Shown: positions 9,882 to 20,215, counted from the first letter of the stretch. The stretch: 64,000 nucleotides of DNA from an uncultured Gammaproteobacteria bacterium (GCA_965231125.1 OZ246414.1:576137-640136); one strand, 5' to 3'. The notes: a model not told the origin generated them from the sequence alone. Made by a program: numbers and translations.

Positions 9882-10303
9882 GATTTCGCTTAAGAACCAG
9901 AAAAAGAAATGGCGGTGAAAGGTTTTGCCTTGCACCGCCGTCGGTTGGAGTAGTTACGCTAACGAAACCCACGCCATTCGTCAATGAGTAGGACTCCATA
10001 GGCTTCCTGGCACGTATCTGCGTCACAATTGGCCAGGTGTTTTGTCCAGGCGATGGTCGCGTTGCGACCGTCGATGAACCTGTTTCCCATGCACTTCGGT
10101 TCCTAGTAGTTGCAGCCTTCTGGTCGCTGATAAGATACCATTTCTCGAGACCTCCTTTATTTTTATCCCTCTCGTTTCAGATGTGTTAGTTTGTGTCCCT
10201 TAAGAAAACCAACCTACTTGGTTTGCTTAAGAGATAGGTCAGGGCTAGTGTCTTGTGGACACATTGTCGACCCTGACCGCTCATTACTTATTCAGTTGTT
10301 GGC

Positions 10304-10627
10304 TTACAGAACCGTTGAATGGGCTACGGGGTCGTCTGCTTCATCGACATCATCGCCCAAATCACGATCTTGTTTCCGACTTCTTTTGACAAGCCCTAGC
10401 CCCTCGTCGACGTAGTAGGTGTCGTAACGCTCCATCGTCTGATAATGCTTGTTCTGTTCTAGCATTTTCAGCAGGCGATCGAACTCACCATCATCTAGTG
10501 CGGGCTGTCGGTGGAGCTCATTGTAGAGCTGCGTGTACTGCTCCCAAGATTTCTTCAACTCCACTAAATCGTCCTCGTCCGGAGGTGCCTCTGCAGCGAA
10601 GTGTTTGATTCTCTGTTCAAGATCCAC
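10304..10627 (-). CDS. Hypothetical protein
   Basis: 107 aa ORF with AAGGAG just upstream of the GTG start. Confidence 0.55.
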   Translation of the reverse strand: MDLEQRIKHFAAEAPPDEDDLVELKKSWEQYTQLYNELHRQPALDDGEFDRLLKMLEQNKHYQTMERYDTYYVDEGLGLVKRSRKQDRDLGDDVDEADDPVAHSTVL

Positions 10628-10862
10628 AGTTGACTCCTTTCGTCATAAATAACGCTCATGATTGCCAATCTAATTACCATCCTTCGATAAACTCAGGATC
10701 GATAAACAAATTGGCAATCACAAGATTTAGGGTTTTCAACTGAATATTTTGTAAAGAGCTTAAGAAGTACAAACAAAGTTTGTACTTCCTCCTAAGAAAA
10801 CCTTGGTTCGACTTACTCACCATGAACCAGATTTGCTTAGGAATTCCCGAGAGGTTTCTGCG

Positions 10863-11108
10863 CTAACTCTCGGGATTCGGAGTGCTCTGTTCGACAATCC
10901 TCCAAGCGATTTTGAATGCTGGGCTGTTGTCATACTCTCCTACCGGAAGCCTTTTGACTTCTGGTAGGGTCCTGATCAACAACCAGACTTTTCTATACGC
11001 TTCGGAGAACATGCCGCCTTTTGACGCCTCCAGTACTTGCGGGTTTTCTACTAGAGAAGCTAAAACCGCTCCTTCCCGCTCAGTAAGGTGGAACGCTGTC
11101 ACGTTCAA
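10863..11108 (-). CDS. Hypothetical protein
   Basis: 81 aa ORF preceded by AAAGGAGG. Confidence 0.5.
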   Translation of the reverse strand: MNVTAFHLTEREGAVLASLVENPQVLEASKGGMFSEAYRKVWLLIRTLPEVKRLPVGEYDNSPAFKIAWRIVEQSTPNPES

Positions 11109-11384
11109 CCTCCTTTCTACCTATAATAGTCGCTTAACAAAAAGCGTCTAGTGAATACTTCGACAAGCTCATCATTCATCAACCGCCTTTATTTGGCAGT
11201 TTTACACTTCATATTATATCACAAATCCAACCGAAAGTCAAATCCTATAAGATATTATGAAAGTTTCAGACTACCGTCTTCAGGTTCAAATATCTTGCGC
11301 TTGAGCAATAGTTATCACTATTATTCTCAAGCTAAGGTCAAGTTAATTGAAGTCAAAGAGGAGTTCTGATATAATTACGCACGT

Positions 11385-11461
11385 GCGGGAGTAGCTCAGT
11401 TGGCTAGAGTGTCTCCCTTCCAAGGAGAAGGTCGCGGGTTCGAATCCCGTCTCCCGCTCCA
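11385..11461 (+). tRNA. tRNA-Gly(TCC)
   Basis: Cloverleaf; TCTCC-CTTCCAA-GGAGA. Confidence 0.97.
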
Positions 11462-11474
11462 AATTATTTAACTT

Positions 11475-11551
11475 GCGCCCATAGCTCAGCGGATTAGAGC
11501 GCGTGGCTTCGGACCACGAGGTCGGGGGTTCGAATCCCTCTGGGCGTGCCA
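11475..11551 (+). tRNA. tRNA-Arg(TCG)
   Basis: Cloverleaf; CGTGG-CTTCGGA-CCACG. Confidence 0.97.
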
Positions 11552-11552
11552 T

Positions 11553-11628
11553 GGTGGTGGTAGCTCAATGGTAGAGCATCAGTTTGTGGAACTGAATGTT
11601 GCGGGTTCGATCCCCGTCCACCACCCCA
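11553..11628 (+). tRNA. tRNA-His(GTG)
   Basis: G-1 and C73; TCAGT-TTGTGGA-ACTGA. Confidence 0.97.
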
Positions 11629-11746
11629 CCGAGTCAAATTCGGTTATTTATTGATATAGCAATATAGTTACCACATTAAAGAACATTATTAAAGAACATT
11701 GAATTTTAATCTTTTAATGTGTATAAGATTTAAGATTGTTGTAGTT

Positions 11747-11938
11747 ATGGAAAACGTTACTCTAGAAAAAGAGGTTGAGCTTTTGCGATCCTTCGTAATA
11801 GGTATTGCTGGAAAGGATAAAGAAGGCGAATACAAACCGGAATTTGTTGATAGAGTTTTCCGTGCATTAAAAGAGAAACCAGAATTTAAGTTTACTGGTT
11901 CTAAACCTTTTCTCCACCAATTAGATAAAACCCCTTGA
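11747..11938 (+). CDS. Small hypothetical protein (antitoxin-like size)
   Basis: 63 aa ORF from ATG 11747. Confidence 0.6.
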   Translation: MENVTLEKEVELLRSFVIGIAGKDKEGEYKPEFVDRVFRALKEKPEFKFTGSKPFLHQLDKTP

Positions 11939-11973
11939 CTTTTGGGTATTACTGAGTAATAATTAAAGAACAT

Positions 11974-12201
11974 ATGTCTAGATCAACTTCAATATTAAAC
12001 ATTTCTATCAGCCAAGAAGAAGAAGCTCAAATAGAGGAGCTTGCTAAAAGCCAGTCCACAACTAAAAGTGGGTTGATACGTGAGGCTTTACGAGTCTACC
12101 GACTCAATAAAAACCTCGACATTATAAGAGATATTGGCAATAGAACCTCAGCTGCTATGGGAATCGATTCTTTTGAGGATATTGAGAGAATTGCTGGGTA
12201 A
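11974..12201 (+). CDS. Ribbon-helix-helix (CopG-like) antitoxin
   Basis: ILNISIS..EELAK..TKSGLIREALR; stop overlaps the PIN gene start. Confidence 0.8.
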   Translation: MSRSTSILNISISQEEEAQIEELAKSQSTTKSGLIREALRVYRLNKNLDIIRDIGNRTSAAMGIDSFEDIERIAG

Positions 12202-12623
12202 TGAGAGTTGTTTTAGATACGAACGTACTAATTGCAGCTGCTCTAAAAGGTAGTCTTTCTGATCAAATCTTAAGGCTTGCCGCTAGTCGTCACCTTTATC
12301 TTATCGTCTCCGAGGAAATTCTTACAGAGTTAGCTGAAAAACTTTCATCTAAATTTGCTTGGAAAGAAGAAGAAGTTTCTCTTTATATTGAAACCTTACG
12401 TGAAATCTCAGAAATTGTTACCCCTTCTGAAAAGATAGATGTAATTTCAAACGATCCTGATGACAATAAGATTCTTGAGGCTGCTTTGAAAGGAAAGGCA
12501 GAACTGATTGTCTCAATTGATCAAGACCTTATTAAACTTAAAAACTACAAGGAAATTGGTATAGTACATCCCAAAACACTAACTTGGATACTTCCTAAAT
12601 TGTTTGAGAATAATAAAAAATAA
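12201..12623 (+). CDS. PIN-domain toxin (VapC-like)
   Basis: VVLDTNVLI, DPDDNKILEAA, IVSIDQDL. Confidence 0.92.
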   Translation: MRVVLDTNVLIAAALKGSLSDQILRLAASRHLYLIVSEEILTELAEKLSSKFAWKEEEVSLYIETLREISEIVTPSEKIDVISNDPDDNKILEAALKGKAELIVSIDQDLIKLKNYKEIGIVHPKTLTWILPKLFENNKK

Positions 12624-13332
12624 GCCCAACGCAAAGATATTTATCGTTAAAAGAAAAACGACCCCTCGCAACTTTAGTGAAGTGGGGTCGCATTTCCTCC
12701 TAAGAAAACCCCCGCCAGAGATCCACTTAGGAACTAGGCACCGAATTGACACAATTCTGTCAGTATCGGTGCCATGTTGCCCTACCTTTTCATTTTAGTA
12801 TCGGTCGGCGTTGATGAGCCCTTGAGGGCTGAACTCTTAGCTCCATTTCTTGGAATACTCACTACTAATCCTGTAGCCAGTCCATGAGGTGGGTCTTGAT
12901 CTGGACTTCCAGTCCACCACCGCCAATTGCGATACTTGATCTGAAGCAGCTCGGTTTTGTTAACCTTTCCCTTCTTCCTGCTAGTCATTGGATTCCCACC
13001 TTTCTCCTAACCAGGTTTATCTTAGTAGCTGAATCAGTTTTAGCCAATTATACCAAATTATTTCCTAATTCGCTTTCCTCTCTTACCTTTATTGAAAATT
13101 TCAGTAGCTTGGTATAGGATTTATTAGTTGAAGGTCCTGGAACTGGGTACGAACTTTGTCTATCCAGTGATCCCAGGTTTTTAGCCTTAAATTTTACTAC
13201 CCCAGATAGAAACTAAGGTCTTGAGGGTACACATCTTGACAGAACAGTAAAAAGATGTTACGTTTGGGAAAGTTTTCCTGCCCTAAGACTTTCTACTTAA
13301 TTTAGTTCCTGCCTAGTTCTTACAATATAATA

Positions 13333-16300
13333 ATGTTAACAACGACTAAAATTAAGCCTACAATTAGATTTCTACTTCTAACGTTAATAATTTCAGCTGT
13401 AACTCTTATCTTTCTCAATCCTATTTCTACTCTTTCAGCTCCTCCTCCTCCTTCTCCTAATCCTGCTAAATTTGCCCAGTGCGCCAACAAGAATCCGACG
13501 GCTGGCGCATGCGATTGGATTGGATCCATTCTTCAGGCCAGTAACTCCTCATATTTCGAAGGCATGTCAGTCCCTCAACGAATTTTCGATGGTGGATTTG
13601 GCAATGGAGCGCACACTATTGCTTTCAGTTATTCTTACACAAAGGGGGGGATTCATGCCTACGATTTCATTACCGGCAAGAATCAGGGTAATGGAAGTTT
13701 TACTCCGGGCATTACCACTTTCAATGACTGTCAGGGTTTGACCGGGGCGAATCTGACTTCTTGCACCGCTTTAATTGGTACTCTGGGAACTCTTGTACCT
13801 ATACCTAGTGATTCTTTTGATAGCAAGGACAGTGCTCCCGGTACTGGTGCTGGCTCTAGTCAAACCGCAAAAGAAACTGCGTATGGAGCAAGAAGCATTA
13901 GTGTATACAATCAAGGAACCATAAGTTTGACGAGCATCAGTGCTATTACGCACAATGTTGCGGCAGATGGTGATACTGGAGACAGTGATGCAACACTAAC
14001 CCTCAATTTCACTTTAGCCGGTTGTCCGAGTGGTCCAGGGGACCCTGGTTGTGACATACTGATCTATTTCGATGGCCACTTAGCAGTCGGTGGAACCGAT
14101 AACACTACGGGTGTTAACTGGGGACCTGGCAAGGGGTCTTCAAATATCAGTGGTGGGCCATACCATATAAAAGATGTAAATCTTGATGGCGGCGGCGGTA
14201 GTTTAGACAACCAAATCAAGGGTGCAGATATTCTTGTTTCCCCAGATTCCCCGACAGTGACGACAGCCATTCATAACGACGGCAACCACACAACCGATGT
14301 ACAAAATACAACCATTGCTTTAGGTTCCACGATTCATGACAGGGCTACGGTTGATAACACCGGTGGCGCCAATGGTACACCAACTGGTACCGCAACCTTC
14401 CAATTTTTCAACAACGGGGATTGCTCTGGAAATCCAGCAGACACATCAGGCGCCCTTACCCTCTCTAGTGGAGCAGTAGATGCAACAGGATTTTCCAAGG
14501 GACCCCTCGGATCAGGTTCGTACTCTTTCAAAGCACACTATACGAGTAGTGATACAACAAAATGGAATAGTGCCGACGGCTTATGCGAACACGTCACGGT
14601 TAACAAGTCGCAACTGGCAATGGAAAGTAAAGTTCACAACACAAGCCACGTTGATAAAACCAACAGCTCCGTCCCATTAGGATCGATCATGCATGATACC
14701 GCCAAGATCACCGGTGGAGCAGTTGGCGGCTTCACTCCAAGTGCAATTACCTTTAAGTTCTATACTAATAATGAGTGCTCAGGAGATGGTACTAGCGTGA
14801 CGAACACTGGAGATGATGAGGGCGATGCGACACGCGATCGTTCAGCTGCATCAGCTGCTCTAGGCGCTGGTTCCTATTCTTATAAAGCCTTCGTCGCTGG
14901 TGACAACAATTACCTAGGCACCGACAGTGACTGTGAGCCCTTTACTGTCGACAAAGCCCAACTCACCGTTACCACGAATGTACACGATGCTGGCCACGCA
15001 GACATTACGAGTGGCAACGTGCCATTAGGCTCGGTCCTTCATGACACTGCAACCGTTACCGGTGGTGTTGGAGGCTTCACGGTTCCTACTCCTACCTTTA
15101 CCTTAACAACCAACTACAATGGTGACACCTGCGACCAAGGTGATGCGGTCGCAAACGATGGAACTGAAAGCGGTGCTACCAAGTCTGCCGACAGTGCTAC
15201 TTTAGGTGCCGGCACTTATGCGTACCGTGCTAGCGTCGCGGGCAACGACAACTACATTGGTGACGACTCCGACTGTGAACCATTTACTGTTAACCAAGGA
15301 ACACTAATTTTATCTACCACAGTCCACACTGATAATCCCGATGAAGCTTTGGTAGGAAACGCCTCTCTTGGGGCAAGTCTGCACGACTCGGCTTCGGTCG
15401 GCGGAATAAATGCCGATTTTGCTCCAGCTAACCCTGTTACATTCAAGTTCTACAATAATAGTGACTGTTCTGGAGAAGGCACTAGCGCTGGCTCGCATGC
15501 CATTGACACTGGGACTGGTATTGCTCATCCTTCCGATAGCCAAGGTCCACTGGCAGCAGGACCACATGCTTTCCGTGCTTTCTACGATGGCTCTACTGAT
15601 CCCAACTACGGTCCGGATTCTCTGAAGAGCGGTTGTGAACCTTTCACTGTAGATAAAGCGGACACCACTGCTACAACACACGTGCACAACGCAAGTCATC
15701 AGGACATTACTAATACGGCTGTTTCCCTTGGATCAAAAGTTCATGACAATGCTTCAGTAGGTGACCAGGTCGGTAGTTTCGTTATAACTGGAGATATAAC
15801 TTATCATTTCTACACTAACGGTAACTGCCCTGATGAATCATTTTCCGATGAGACTGTTGCAGTCGGTAGTGAATCCAGCGAAACCAGTGCCTTAGGAGCT
15901 GGTGATTATGCTTACCTAGCAGAATACAGTGGTGATAATAATTACAAAGGATCAACTGGGAAATGTGAACCGTTTTCGGTTGACAAATCTCAACTTGAGA
16001 TGGAAAGTAAAGTACACGATTCAGATCATAATGTGGTAACTTCGGCGCCACTTGGATCTATCGCCCATGACACATCGAAACTTACAGGTGGGGTGGTAGA
16101 TGGTTTCACTCCGCCGTCTATTACTTTTAAATTCTATACAAGCGGTACATGTGATGGTAATGGCACCAGTGTAAATAACGCCGGTGCAGATGGAGGCGAC
16201 GCGACTCGCGACCGTTCGGATGCCTCTTCGTCTCTAGGAGCCGGTTCCTACTCCTACCGAGCCTTTGTTGCTGGAGATAATAATTATCTTGGTACAGACA

Positions 16301-18495
16301 GCGGTTGTGAACCTCTTGAAGTCAATCAGGCCACTCCTCAAATTGTGACTGAAATTCATGATGTTTCCGAAGCAATGGTCACCTCAGTCTCACTTGGTAC
16401 AACCGTTCACGACAAAGCCACTGTTACAGGTATTGGAGCAACCGGTTTTGAACCTAGTGGTAATGTTGCCTTTACTTTCTATAACAATGAGGATTGCAAA
16501 GAGGAAGGTTCCGCGGCCGGCACGGTCGCTCTTGATGGAGCAGATCCGGGAACAGCTCATCCGTCCGATCCAGAAGGACCTCTTGCTGCTGGCTCCTATT
16601 CGTTCCAGGCGCACTACGTCGGTGATGATAATTACAAGGAGGCAACTAGCGATTGCGAACCTCTGACCGTAAACAAAGCCCGACTCACTGTTGAAACAAT
16701 AATCCACAACGCATCCCATGATCCGGTTACCTCAGTTCCTCTTGGATCAGTAGTTCACGATACAGCAACAGTCACTGGTGGAGTAGATGGTTTTGCAACT
16801 CCAGGAGTAAGTTTCACTTTCACGAGCAACTATACCAATGATTGTTCTCAGGGAACTCCAGTATCCAACGACGGCACCGATCCTGGTAATGGTGGAGTTA
16901 AGTCAGCTGACAGCGCGGCTTTAGCTGCTGGTGATTATGCTTACCGAGCCAGTGCCGCAAGTGACGAAAACTATATTGGTGACGATTCCGACTGTGAACC
17001 ACTGGCCGTAAATAGGTCTGACACGTCTACTGTCACAGAGGTTCATGATTCGAATCACAACGATATTACTGGTAAATCAGTGCCGCTTGGTTCAATTGTT
17101 CACGACAGTGCAACAGTAGAAACTCAAGTAGATAGTATCGCCATAACAGGAACAGTTAACTACCGCTTTTACACCGACGGCAACTGTGAAGGAAATTTCA
17201 CTGTCAAATCACCGGTAAATGTAGGTGACGAATCAAGCCTAACTAGCGCTCTGGCGGCCGGCTCGTATTCTTACCTAGCAGAATACAGTGGTGATGGCAA
17301 CTACAATTCCTCAACTGGGAAATGTGAACCGTTTTCGGTTGACAAGTCTCAACTTAAGATGGAAAGCAAGGCCCACGATTCAAGCCACAATGACATCACC
17401 AACAGCTCGGTAGCGCTTGGTTCTGTTGTCCACGACACGGCCAAGGTAACCGGTGGAGTAGTCGGTGGGTTTACTCCTCCAGCTATTACGTTTAAATTTT
17501 ATTCCAACGGGAACTGTTCGGACGGTTCTGACGTATCGAATACTGGAGCTGATGGGGGAGACGCGAGCCGCGATCGCTCAGCAGCTTCGTCTGCTCTGGG
17601 CGCTGGTTCTTACTCCTACAAGGCTTTTGTAGCCGACGACAACAACTATCTTGGAACCGACAGCGGCTGCGAACCGTTTACGGTTAACCAAGCCCAGCTG
17701 ACAGTCACCTCCCATGTCCACGACAGCAATGATACAAATATAACTAACAGTTCTGTCGTAGCCGGCTCTATTGTCCACGATCAAGCCTCGGTTAGTGGCG
17801 GTGTTGGTGGTTTTGCGACTCCTACCATCACCTTTACTTTCTTTACTAATGGAACCTGCACGCCCACTGGTTCTGCTGTTAACAATATCGGCACTGATTC
17901 GGGCGGCTCTCGTTCCGCTGACAGTAGCCCCCTAACAGTTGGCAACTATTCCTACAAAGCCAGTATCGCCGGCAACGATAATTACGTTGGTGACGACAGC
18001 GATTGTGAGCCGTTCTCAGTAACCCAACCAGCAACACGGACCCTCGGCTTCTGGCAGACGCACACTGCTTACACCACCTCTGTCTTCAATGCGGCCCCAC
18101 TTAGTGGCTCAATGCTAATTGGAAATGGAGGATCACACAAAGGGCCGGTGGACACTATTGGTAAAATATTCGGTGCTTTCTACTCGAGCATTCCAAAGAA
18201 GACTGATGGCTCAAAACGAACTGACCTTGATAAGGCGCGCATGCAGCTCTTACAACAACTTGTTGCCGCGAAACTCAACTGTGCAGCCTTCGGATGCTCA
18301 GCGGCCACGACTTCTATAATCGCTACCGCTGATGCCGTCTATGCTAGCGGCCCAGCGAGTGCGATTCTTGCCTCTGCAAGCGCCCTCGACGCTTACAACA
18401 ACAGCGGCGACAGTGTACCGGTTGGTGGTACGGGTTCAGCTACCCCAGGCACGTCACAATCTCTTGCCGACAAAGGCTTCTGGAACGCTCCATAA
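13333..18495 (+). CDS. Large secreted/surface protein with 11 Cys-containing Ig-like repeats
   Basis: N-terminal hydrophobic signal; 11 units of about 110-120 aa with HD-x-A-x-V ... F-Y-x(3-4)-C ... GSYSY ... CEP. Confidence 0.85.
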   Translation: MLTTTKIKPTIRFLLLTLIISAVTLIFLNPISTLSAPPPPSPNPAKFAQCANKNPTAGACDWIGSILQASNSSYFEGMSVPQRIFDGGFGNGAHTIAFSYSYTKGGIHAYDFITGKNQGNGSFTPGITTFNDCQGLTGANLTSCTALIGTLGTLVPIPSDSFDSKDSAPGTGAGSSQTAKETAYGARSISVYNQGTISLTSISAITHNVAADGDTGDSDATLTLNFTLAGCPSGPGDPGCDILIYFDGHLAVGGTDNTTGVNWGPGKGSSNISGGPYHIKDVNLDGGGGSLDNQIKGADILVSPDSPTVTTAIHNDGNHTTDVQNTTIALGSTIHDRATVDNTGGANGTPTGTATFQFFNNGDCSGNPADTSGALTLSSGAVDATGFSKGPLGSGSYSFKAHYTSSDTTKWNSADGLCEHVTVNKSQLAMESKVHNTSHVDKTNSSVPLGSIMHDTAKITGGAVGGFTPSAITFKFYTNNECSGDGTSVTNTGDDEGDATRDRSAASAALGAGSYSYKAFVAGDNNYLGTDSDCEPFTVDKAQLTVTTNVHDAGHADITSGNVPLGSVLHDTATVTGGVGGFTVPTPTFTLTTNYNGDTCDQGDAVANDGTESGATKSADSATLGAGTYAYRASVAGNDNYIGDDSDCEPFTVNQGTLILSTTVHTDNPDEALVGNASLGASLHDSASVGGINADFAPANPVTFKFYNNSDCSGEGTSAGSHAIDTGTGIAHPSDSQGPLAAGPHAFRAFYDGSTDPNYGPDSLKSGCEPFTVDKADTTATTHVHNASHQDITNTAVSLGSKVHDNASVGDQVGSFVITGDITYHFYTNGNCPDESFSDETVAVGSESSETSALGAGDYAYLAEYSGDNNYKGSTGKCEPFSVDKSQLEMESKVHDSDHNVVTSAPLGSIAHDTSKLTGGVVDGFTPPSITFKFYTSGTCDGNGTSVNNAGADGGDATRDRSDASSSLGAGSYSYRAFVAGDNNYLGTDSGCEPLEVNQATPQIVTEIHDVSEAMVTSVSLGTTVHDKATVTGIGATGFEPSGNVAFTFYNNEDCKEEGSAAGTVALDGADPGTAHPSDPEGPLAAGSYSFQAHYVGDDNYKEATSDCEPLTVNKARLTVETIIHNASHDPVTSVPLGSVVHDTATVTGGVDGFATPGVSFTFTSNYTNDCSQGTPVSNDGTDPGNGGVKSADSAALAAGDYAYRASAASDENYIGDDSDCEPLAVNRSDTSTVTEVHDSNHNDITGKSVPLGSIVHDSATVETQVDSIAITGTVNYRFYTDGNCEGNFTVKSPVNVGDESSLTSALAAGSYSYLAEYSGDGNYNSSTGKCEPFSVDKSQLKMESKAHDSSHNDITNSSVALGSVVHDTAKVTGGVVGGFTPPAITFKFYSNGNCSDGSDVSNTGADGGDASRDRSAASSALGAGSYSYKAFVADDNNYLGTDSGCEPFTVNQAQLTVTSHVHDSNDTNITNSSVVAGSIVHDQASVSGGVGGFATPTITFTFFTNGTCTPTGSAVNNIGTDSGGSRSADSSPLTVGNYSYKASIAGNDNYVGDDSDCEPFSVTQPATRTLGFWQTHTAYTTSVFNAAPLSGSMLIGNGGSHKGPVDTIGKIFGAFYSSIPKKTDGSKRTDLDKARMQLLQQLVAAKLNCAAFGCSAATTSIIATADAVYASGPASAILASASALDAYNNSGDSVPVGGTGSATPGTSQSLADKGFWNAP

Positions 18496-18511
18496 ATTGA
18501 AGGCGTGGGTT

Positions 18512-19084
18512 TTAAGTCAAATTTGTTTGGGAAATATCGGAGAGGAGAACACCTTCAACTATTAGTCCTTTGGGTCCCAGTTCGGCTTCCAAAAGCTCCT
18601 TAATCTTTCTTTCTGCGTCGTGCCGAGCCGTAGAATTTAACTCTTGATAAGTAAACTCACTTGTCGCGGTGCGGACACGGCTTCGGGAAACTGGTCGGAT
18701 GATTTTTGATACAAAATGCTCGCCAATATTTTCCCAAAGCCCCACAATACTATCTTTATTTATCCGCACTAAAATTGTGCCTTCGATAGTTATACTAATG
18801 TTGTCCCGTGTGGTCCCGGTAATTGGGTCGTCTCCTAAAAACTCTTTGTTTTCGTCAGCGTTAAAATCCTGCCGAATAGTGTACTCAAGAGTTTGCGAGT
18901 TAAAAATTTTTGCTTTTTGCCAGAAGGGGATTTTGAAATGCAAACCAGGGCCCCAGGTGTGCCTTAGCACCCCTCGGCCGCGGTCGTACACAGTGGCGAT
19001 GTGCCCCGGGGCAACGTCAACAAAAAAGCCGCCAGCGACTTCATCTACCAAAAAAGAGATAACTAATTTATCAAATGATGCCAT
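18512..19084 (-). CDS. SPFH/Band 7 (prohibitin-like) protein
   Basis: GPGLHFKIPFWQ, IIRPVSRSRVR, GLIVEGVLLSDI. Confidence 0.85.
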   Translation of the reverse strand: MASFDKLVISFLVDEVAGGFFVDVAPGHIATVYDRGRGVLRHTWGPGLHFKIPFWQKAKIFNSQTLEYTIRQDFNADENKEFLGDDPITGTTRDNISITIEGTILVRINKDSIVGLWENIGEHFVSKIIRPVSRSRVRTATSEFTYQELNSTARHDAERKIKELLEAELGPKGLIVEGVLLSDISQTNLT

Positions 19085-19788
19085 CAGGATTTAGGGTGAG
19101 CCAAATGCATAGTTGCCTTTATAGCGAGGGAAAACAGCACCGACGTAGCGATAAACACAGCTTTTGCACTTGGCAGTAACATGAGCATTATAAAACTAAT
19201 TATCGGTAAAATCAACGGATCCCATTTTTGGGACAGGCTTTGGGGGGCGGGGATATGTTTTTTTTCATTATACTCCCAGACTCTCTCAATTAATAAAACT
19301 CCGGATCCTAAAAGACTAAGCAACAAGGCCGGTTGGGCCAAATTAAATCCAAAGAAATTTGTGTTTATCGATGTCGGTGGCGCAACGAATCCATACAAAT
19401 CTTTGTAATCTGGGTGAGCTATTCCCACCTGAAAAATTTGGTATAGGGCAACCAAAAAAATAGCCTGCGCGAAAATCGGTATGGATTCGTAAAAAGGATT
19501 TATCCCAAGCGGGGAAGTGATACTGGAAATTTTTTGGTATTTTTCTTTTGAAGAAAGTTTTTGATCTGCCTCGATGCGGTCGATTTCCGGTTGAACTTTT
19601 TCTAAAACGGCGTCCTGCTGATAACCGCGCAACGTAAAGTAAAGGAAGATAAAGCGGATGAGGATTGCAATTCCAATAATCGCTACTCCCAAATTGGGCC
19701 CAGGGCTAAGGTGGTACGAATAAATGACCAAATTGTAGGCTGGTTTATAGACAAATGTGTCCCAAATCGAAATAAAGAAACTTATCAT
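19084..19788 (-). CDS. yidC: YidC/Oxa1 family membrane insertase
   Basis: NLGVAII..ILIR, QPEI, GINPF...PIFAQ, FFGFNL; several TM helices. Confidence 0.8.
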   Translation of the reverse strand: MISFFISIWDTFVYKPAYNLVIYSYHLSPGPNLGVAIIGIAILIRFIFLYFTLRGYQQDAVLEKVQPEIDRIEADQKLSSKEKYQKISSITSPLGINPFYESIPIFAQAIFLVALYQIFQVGIAHPDYKDLYGFVAPPTSINTNFFGFNLAQPALLLSLLGSGVLLIERVWEYNEKKHIPAPQSLSQKWDPLILPIISFIMLMLLPSAKAVFIATSVLFSLAIKATMHLAHPKS

Positions 19789-19884
19789 AAAAGCTGTTTG
19801 CTATTCGAAGTCTCTAAAATCTTATCACAAGTTGGATCGGCGCGGAAGTTCACGACTAGACCATCTTAGTCAAATTAAAGTAGG

Positions 19885-19961
19885 TGGTCGGGGACCGCGG
19901 ACTCGAACCGCGGACCTCTCGCTCCCAAAGCGAGCGCTCTAGCCAACTGAGCTAGTCCCCG
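19885..19961 (-). tRNA. tRNA-Pro(TGG)
   Basis: Cloverleaf; CTCGC-TTTGGGA-GCGAG. Confidence 0.97.
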
Positions 19962-19971
19962 ATAAATTTTT

Positions 19972-20057
19972 TGGGCCGAGGGCGGGAATCGAAAGCTTCG
20001 CATTCTGCGTCTTCCAGACTATGAACCCGCAAGGTGGTGCCACCAACGGATTTAAAG
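19972..20057 (-). pseudogene. 3' half of a tRNA-Leu-like gene with a 32-nt insertion (19994-20025) in the T-loop
   Basis: Minus strand: CTTTAAA TCCGT, variable arm GGTGG/CCACC, GCGGG TTC[insert]GATT CCCGC, CCTCGGC CCA. Confidence 0.75.
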
Positions 20058-20215
20058 AATCTATATAAATTCTTGCGCATTTTGGTGGACCTCACGAATT
20101 TGGCTTGGAACTCGCTGGTCCAAAACCTAAAACAATATCAATTCCTAACTACCTTACCTTATTTTGAGGCTAAATACAACTATAAATCTAACTACCAGAC
20201 TTTATTAGAAACTAA

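Noticed and set aside
10103-10105. Genome-wide stop-codon recoding
   Set aside because: Conserved genes end normally at TAA, TAG and TGA, and no suppressor tRNA is present
11343-11552. ORFs overlapping tRNAs (also 19757-19942, 31099-31302, 31468-31746, 34457-34639, 44305-44526)
   Set aside because: Shadow frames of tRNA genes
13333-18495. Diversity-generating retroelement acting on the repeat protein
   Set aside because: No reverse transcriptase in the window, and the repeat differences are not adenine-specific
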